This document shows, one piece after another, positions 56,722-64,000 of a stretch of DNA of 64,000 bases. Source of the stretch: the human T2T-CHM13v2.0 reference genome, Homo sapiens; the NCBI RefSeq assembly GCF_009914755.1, contig NC_060929.1; one strand, written 5' to 3'. Each line of letters starts with the position of its first letter. The stretch's first letter is position 1. Under the pieces are notes generated by a model. The model ran no database searches and was not told the origin of the DNA. It worked only from the letters and a program-made list of their open reading frames with translations. A program made the position numbers and the translations under genes.

Positions 56722-59700
56722 AAGGTAAAACATGAGACTTCAATGTCCTCAAAACATGTCCTCCTTCTTAACTTACTTCAAATGACTTTGAGATGAAGGT
56801 TTGAGAATTCCTGCTTAGATCATTGCTGCCTACATAGTATCTCTCAGTTTCATTGCTCTGAGTAGAAAAAAGAAATGACAGTGAAGATTGATATTTTAAT
56901 AATGACCAGGAAGGTGATGATCTGGGATCACCCCATATCAGTTACTTCTAACAGCAGGCACCTTATAGTGTCTATTATTACTTAAGTAATAATAGTGATT
57001 AAAGCTCCTTGAGTTCTGCTTTGAGAGTTAGCACCTGACCCCTCTTCATTGAGCTCAGAAACTGCCACCTATCCGCAACACCTTCCTCTTTAATGCTTGT
57101 TCTCCCCATTTTACTCCCCAACCCCCACTCCGAAGAAATAAACACCAAATTAGCAGTATCTATATCCCACATCACGGTGCAGAATGTGGGGCAGATTACC
57201 AAAGGATGTGAGAGGCACACAGTTTGAAGTCTTTTTATCCTCAGAGTTAAGAAACATTATTTTTTCCTCCCTACCACTACCCACATCTGAGCACAATCAG
57301 ACAGACAGCCAAAATACACATATGGCAGATCAGCTAGAAAAAAAAATACGGCCATACTTGCATTTTGTTTTGAAGATTTTCAGATAATATCAAAGATTGT
57401 TTCCAAGCCCCAGTCCCAGTTTTATAGTCCAGGGCAATGCTTTAACCATTTCAGAAATGAAAAAGAGCATAGGTTTCCAATTCTTTCTCTTTGGAAGCTC
57501 TGGAACAGATCTTAGTTCACTTCAATGACAAAGCTGTTTGATCTAAACAAATACATAATCTGATACATCAGGTGCTGTCACCCAAAATGTTTATTTTTAT
57601 GAGAAATTGAAAAGTAGTAAGATATCTAGATATCCAAAACATCTACTATGTGCTTCCTTCTCTTCTAAGAAGATTCCTTCCTAAAGGAAGGTTCTAACCA
57701 TGGATTAGCACAAAGACAGTCTTCCTTGTCTCATTTTTCTTGTTACCTGCAGTAATCTTTCATACAATAGTGTTGGTGGGTAGTATAATATTTACCTACA
57801 GTTAGCTAAGGAAAGTCTGCTTCAGTTAGCATTCTAAGGGTTTCAGGTGTCAAGTAAGTGTAAACATTTGCTCTTCCTTGGCAAATAACTTTATGTCATT
57901 CTCACTCCATCTTTAGGAATCAAATGTTATCCACCAAGTAGACAGGAAGTACCCAAGCCTGCATGGATGAAGTGGTGATGGCCATTACTAAGAGCAGTTA
58001 GGAGAACCATAGCCTCTGATCCATAGTAACTTCTCTTTCCAGCCAAATACCGACCTGGAACTAGGCAGTAAGTGTCCAGGCTCACCCTTCCGTCATGAGG
58101 CATTAGCCGCTACAAGCTAAGAAGAGACCAAAGAGATAAAGTGTCACTCTATCTCCTCCACAGCTTCTCAAGAATTAAAGGGTCCATTGGAAACATGGAT
58201 TCTAGTCCTGTTGCTGGCTTCTGGAAATGCAGCCAAACAGTATTGGGGACATAGTGTGAGCCACAGATTGGGCGGGACACCCTGTGATAAAACATCAAAT
58301 TTGTCACACACGAGACATATGCTTTGCAACATGTGTGTCCCTCTCTCATAACTTCACAGCAATGGCATAAGCAATATAATAGTCTCCAAGAAGTACAATT
58401 CTATTGTACAATTCTATTATCTTCAAACATCAAACATATATGATAATAAGAACTAGGATGACAAATGTGCTTTCTGATTAAAGGACATTTTTTCAGAAGA
58501 TAACTTTATTCTTTTCAGAGTTAACATCTTTGAGATTGAAATGAACCTTACAATTAATATCATCATAGGTTAGTGAAATGCAGTAAATAACAATATTAAA
58601 TTCACATATCAATGTTGTTGGTTCTAAAGCAATTGCAAATACTTGTGAAATAAGTTGATCTCTTAATCATGCTCTATCATGTTTTTTGTTTATTGGTTGG
58701 TTTAACTGTGTTTTAACCTTGGAATCGTTTTCTTTATTGCTAGTACCTAATTAAACTTCCCTCTAAGTTACCTGATTTACTAAAATTCTGAATTATTTGA
58801 TGCCACAATAATGATATTTTGCTTTAAAGGCAATTTCTACTGTTATTGTAATCATCTCATCTGTTTCTATCCTGGCTTGAAGCCCAGCTGTCTGGTCTTC
58901 TCATTGTACCTGATTCCATTTGAATGGACTGTAACTTATATTTAATCAGTATAAAGGGAGGACTATGTAGTTCTAAATTTTTTCTCCTTGTTTTCATTCA
59001 AATGTTACATAGATTTTTATTTTTAGAACTGAACACCTTTTTAAACAAATATACTCGTGCTTAGCAGGACACTAATCTGACCTACTTCGATGGGAATGTG
59101 TTGAACAATTGCAAATCACTTACCAACACTGGCTGACCTATTTTCAATCATATAAGGTTTCTCTGAAACATTTATCAAGAGGGAACATGAATTTAAATCA
59201 TTATAGAATTGTCTCTTCAATCAAACAAGAGCAAAATGACAGAAAATGCTACTACAAAATCCTATCCTCTGTTTTTCAGATAGTGTCATCTTTTTCCATG
59301 ATCCTTTTTTTTTTCTCCCTGAGTGTTGACTCATTATCACCAAGAATCAAGTTGCTACTTTAGTAAACTCATCTCCTCTCAGATAACCAATTGAATCCTT
59401 TTTACTACAATGATGACTCAAATCTAAACGAACTTTTAAACAAATCTCTGAATTAAAAAGCTGTTTGTAGGATTTGATCAGATTATCTGGTGTTTTATGA
59501 AGTATTGCAACATTGCCAGGATATCATGCTTTTGGTATTGAACGCTGCTGCACATAAAATGATCTTTATTTAGGACATATGGAAATGCAACTCAAAATGA
59601 CACTCGATTAAGCTTTTGAAGGATCTTATCATTTATAATATCTAAAATTATCCAGATAAACCATACATCCATTCATTTTTATTCTATAATTGCCAATGGG

Positions 59701-60961
59701 CTGATTGCATGTATTTTGGGTGTTCCCTTATTGGGAAAAATGTTTTTAACACCTATAAACCACAAGTAGAGTGTCAGATTAAACAAAGCTCTTTGTTCCC
59801 GTAATTTGTTCAAGACCAACTGTATCCGTAAGCAGAAGTTGCTATCAGCATGATTCTGGCCCAAAGTGCTGACTTAGAACATATGTGGGCTCACAGCTCA
59901 GAAGGTAGTGGGTCTACAGAAATAAAAGGCTGAGAGTGAACTGGACTTCAGAAACCAAGCAGAAGAGGGGTGTAGGAAATCATTTTTATTTCAATGCAAA
60001 ATTGGCTCAAGACTTTTATTGTGTTTTCATTGCCTGGGAAAACAAGACTAATTTCAACTTATCTGAAAACTCAGTCTCACAGAGCACCACTACCTCAAAG
60101 TGGCTAAAACAAAGTGAACTTCTGGTGCATCACAAAAATAAAAGCTGATGTGTCAAGACAGAACTGCTATCTAAACTATGTAAATGGAAAACCTAATTTC
60201 TCTAAAGTTTCCTACCTGAACACATTTTTGTTGTTGTTGTTCAAACAAGCATGTTGATATATTATCAGGAAACATCAAGATGCTGCCTGCAATGGTTAAA
60301 ATACTGATTCTTTGACAAAGTAACTTACCACAATATAACCAAGAAAGGAATAGATACAGCCAGCCAGAACTGAGCCAATTGTGAGTTACCTGCAAAAAAA
60401 AAAAAACGGGGAAGGGACCAAGGAAGAAGAAAGATGGGCAAAAACATGTTCAAGATTATGGCTTCCTTTCATTGAGAACTGAAATAAGAATGTGAGGGTA
60501 AATCGAACCAGGATGATTAATTAACCCAATCTTTTAAAACTTGAAGTCAACCCATTTTCATTATTTGAAAATTTTAAATCAGAAACTACCTTGTTTCTGA
60601 AAACCTGAAAGATTACTTTTTTCTGATTTGTTCCACTGAAGTGGCATCAGCATGTGCATTTGCTCTCCTAGAAGGTACAGGAGTCTTTTTCAGATTATAG
60701 AAAACATGGTAGGGCTCTCAAGAGAGTCAGTGCTGAAAGACATTTGCTGGCATCCCAAATCCATGATCTTAAACTAAGCCAGGGCAGAACAACTTGGAGA
60801 AATGTTAGAGGAGAACCATTCAGATAGCTAGAGGGCTGAGAGATGACACAGTAATAAAAACATAGAGGATCTGAGATTATTCTTCCTGAAAGAAAGGTGT
60901 GTGTGTAATTTAGTAATGTTTTTTCATGTATGTGAAGATGCCTCTGAAAAGCCATGAGTAG

Positions 60962-61381
<420 letters not shown>

Positions 61382-64000
61382 TAAGAGATTGAACTAGAAG
61401 ACCTCAAATGAAGCTCCAGGCAGTTTCGGACATCAAGACTCTCTTCAGTGAACTTCCTACTTACTGAAGGACACAGACTAGAACAGGTCATTGCCCACCC
61501 ATCCCCATTGTAGTGAGTCCCCAAGAGGCCATGGAAATGCAGCAGAGGGGCAACTAGAATGTGCACCACAGCGGACTATGCGGCATCAGAGTAGAATGCC
61601 AGGGAGCCAAAGGAGTCTCTTCCTTGGACACAGGATTGGGGAGTTTTCTTTTACTGAGATGATTTTGAAAGAGTCTTTTCAAGGCCCAGACTAACTTTTA
61701 AGGTTTGGCTCCTTCCTACACATATAATTTCGAAGTTGTATTCTCAGAGACATATTCATGTAGTCATGAAGAGCCTGGGTTTGAAATCATATGAACTTAC
61801 ATCTTTCTTAAAATGGCAGTGTGACTCCAGGAATATTATTTAAATCTCAAAGCCTCAGTTTTCTTTCCTAGGAAATAAGGGTGTTGTAATAATTAAATGA
61901 AATAGGATGAAGATCCCTGCATGTGTTAGCAATGATGATCGTGATAATGATGATGATGATGACAATGATGACGAGGATGCCAGTGATAGATAGTGAGCCG
62001 CATGTCCATGCATTTATTCATTCAGCTCTTTAAGGGGTTGTTGCCAATTTTAAGCCTACTAAGAGTCGCCTTTCTCTCACTGTAACGTAGCCCTTTTGCA
62101 ATTATTTTTTCACTGATAGCTTTTTGGCCATGAGCTGTTACTTCTTTCTACTGCCTGGAGTCCTTTCCATTACCATTTAGAACTTTGAGATTTTTCTTTT
62201 GATAAACATTCTCACAATTCTTCCTCAATTCCAGCCATAGCAATTCCAAATTATTTGCTGGCATTCATAATTAAAATTCTTACTTGGCATCATAGTGGTT
62301 CCTTCAAATGCCTCATAAACAAACATTTCTTGTAATTGCAAAACATCTACCTAGAAAGTTGAGGGAAAGGAGTGGTGGCAATGGTTTCTTTTTTCAGTGT
62401 TAATCAGAGAAAGACTGAAAGTGATGCTTTATGACTAAACTTTTGAAGAAATGAGACTATTCAAGTTGTTGAAGTCTTTGGAATCTGTGGTTAGCGTTAA
62501 GCAGACACTTCCGACATTCTTTTTTATTATCTTGACTAAATTTTTAAAATTTAAGTATGCCAAGTGATGAAATTTAAAATTTCTGAATAATTTTAACTTT
62601 AAATATCATAAAATATGCACTTAGATCTCATATCCTAGTTCATCTGTGAATGCAAAACATAGCAATGAGTTATCATCTTGATTACCAAAAAGGAGAAAAA
62701 GTTCTGAGCAACAGTGAATCAAGATCGGTGTGAACACAAAGAGGGGGAAAAACACTACAGCAAAGTACAGGGAAACAGACAGTGAAAAACATCTATTTTT
62801 TTTTTTTTGACCAAATGAGAGTCAATTAAAAACTCACAAAATATAAAAAAGAAAGATCAATGTAACTCAGACCACAGTGAAGACTGATTGCTTTACATAC
62901 TCCATCTGTCAATAAAATGCGTTTTTGAAATGAGTCTGGAGAGTGAGCAGCCTTGCTCCTCTTCCCTGGCCACCCACTCTTGCAGCCTCCTAGGACCGTG
63001 TTAATTTGGGACACAGTGCAGGTGCTCTATCCACATAACACCAGACCGGGTGGCTGACCGGGGAAAAGTTCAGTGCATTGTGTGTCTGACCTCCAAAGAA
63101 AGACTGGTTTGATAGTTAATATTTTGAATTGACTGACTTTGGTGATTGACTAGAAGAGCCCAGGTTTGCATGAAATCAAATAAAGGGAGCAAAGTAGGAA
63201 AATCAACCTTTGATGCTGAGGACAACAAAGAAAGCACATATCATGGATCAACCAGCAATAATAGCCACCGTTTGCTGAATACCTGTTACGTGCCAGGTTC
63301 CTGCTAAATGCTTTAAGGCTCATAACTGCCCTTTACAAAGGTATTATTATCTGCATTTTTGAAATGAGAAAACTGAGGCTGAGTGGAGTGGCTTGCACTG
63401 AGTGGAGTGGCTTGCACAGCCAGGTTCTTCCTACCACCCTGTAAATGATCTCTGATGTGATTGATAGCTCTCTAATGGTTATTAGCCTTTCCCATGTTGT
63501 ATTGTGGTTATCTGTTTTAATTGCTTCATCCCCTCGTATCATGAGCAGATAGATATTTAAAATGTTTGCATATCCTTGAAATCTAGTCCCTGTTGTACAG
63601 TAAATTTTTTTAAAAAATTGAATACTACAATTTAAGAATTTTGTCCAGTATAGAGGTTTTTAAAAATTGTTTTATTTGTTTATTTCTTGCTATGTATATT
63701 CTAACTGTATGCCTGAGCTGGTTATTTAAATTTCCTAAGTTTTAGATACTTCACCTGTAAAATGGGAATAGTACTACAATTTACAAGAGTTGTAGTGACG
63801 CATACATAAAACAATAAATACCTGCACAAAGTAAGCAACAACAAAAACTACTGCTGCAGAAACGCTCCTATCAAAGTGGAAATTGATCAGTATACTGAAA
63901 ATAAGAAGATAAAGAGTAAAATCATTAAAAAATCATAACCTGAACATTTTTACTTAATATGCATTCATTTCTAATATGTTGGTATAAGACTAAATAGTTT

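Noticed and set aside
63379-63419. 19-bp tandem duplication ctgagtggagtggcttgca (similar small ones near 40793-40845 and 41140-41165)
   Set aside because: Ordinary slippage duplications, two copies only; not an array or CRISPR

Overview
Primate (human-like; AluY/S/J, L1PA, L2, MIR, MER5, MADE1) genomic DNA. It carries the 3' part of SPEF2 (sperm flagellar 2) on the + strand: ten phase-consistent coding exons from 295 to the stop at 40960, plus a probable alternative last exon at 34042-34134. About 23 kb of repeat-rich non-coding DNA follows; from my recollection of human 5p13 this is the SPEF2-IL7R interval. The main finding sits in the 13-kb intron 5736-18730: an intact five-exon hAT-family (ZNF862/PRDM11/C17orf113-like) transposase-derived coding unit at 14238-16761, 693 aa after splicing four short GT-AG introns. 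It has a TTF-type zinc finger, D/D/E residues, a CxxH motif, a hAT dimerization domain and its own polyA signals. A phase-1 splice acceptor at 14255-14256 would join it in frame to the upstream SPEF2 exon, giving a SPEF2-transposase fusion that replaces the EF-hand C-terminus. Other points: a ~245-bp inverted duplication in the same intron, near-consensus CTCF and RFX X-box motifs, and several nested or rearranged repeats. Exon boundaries were read by hand and repeat boundaries are approximate. No database searches were run.
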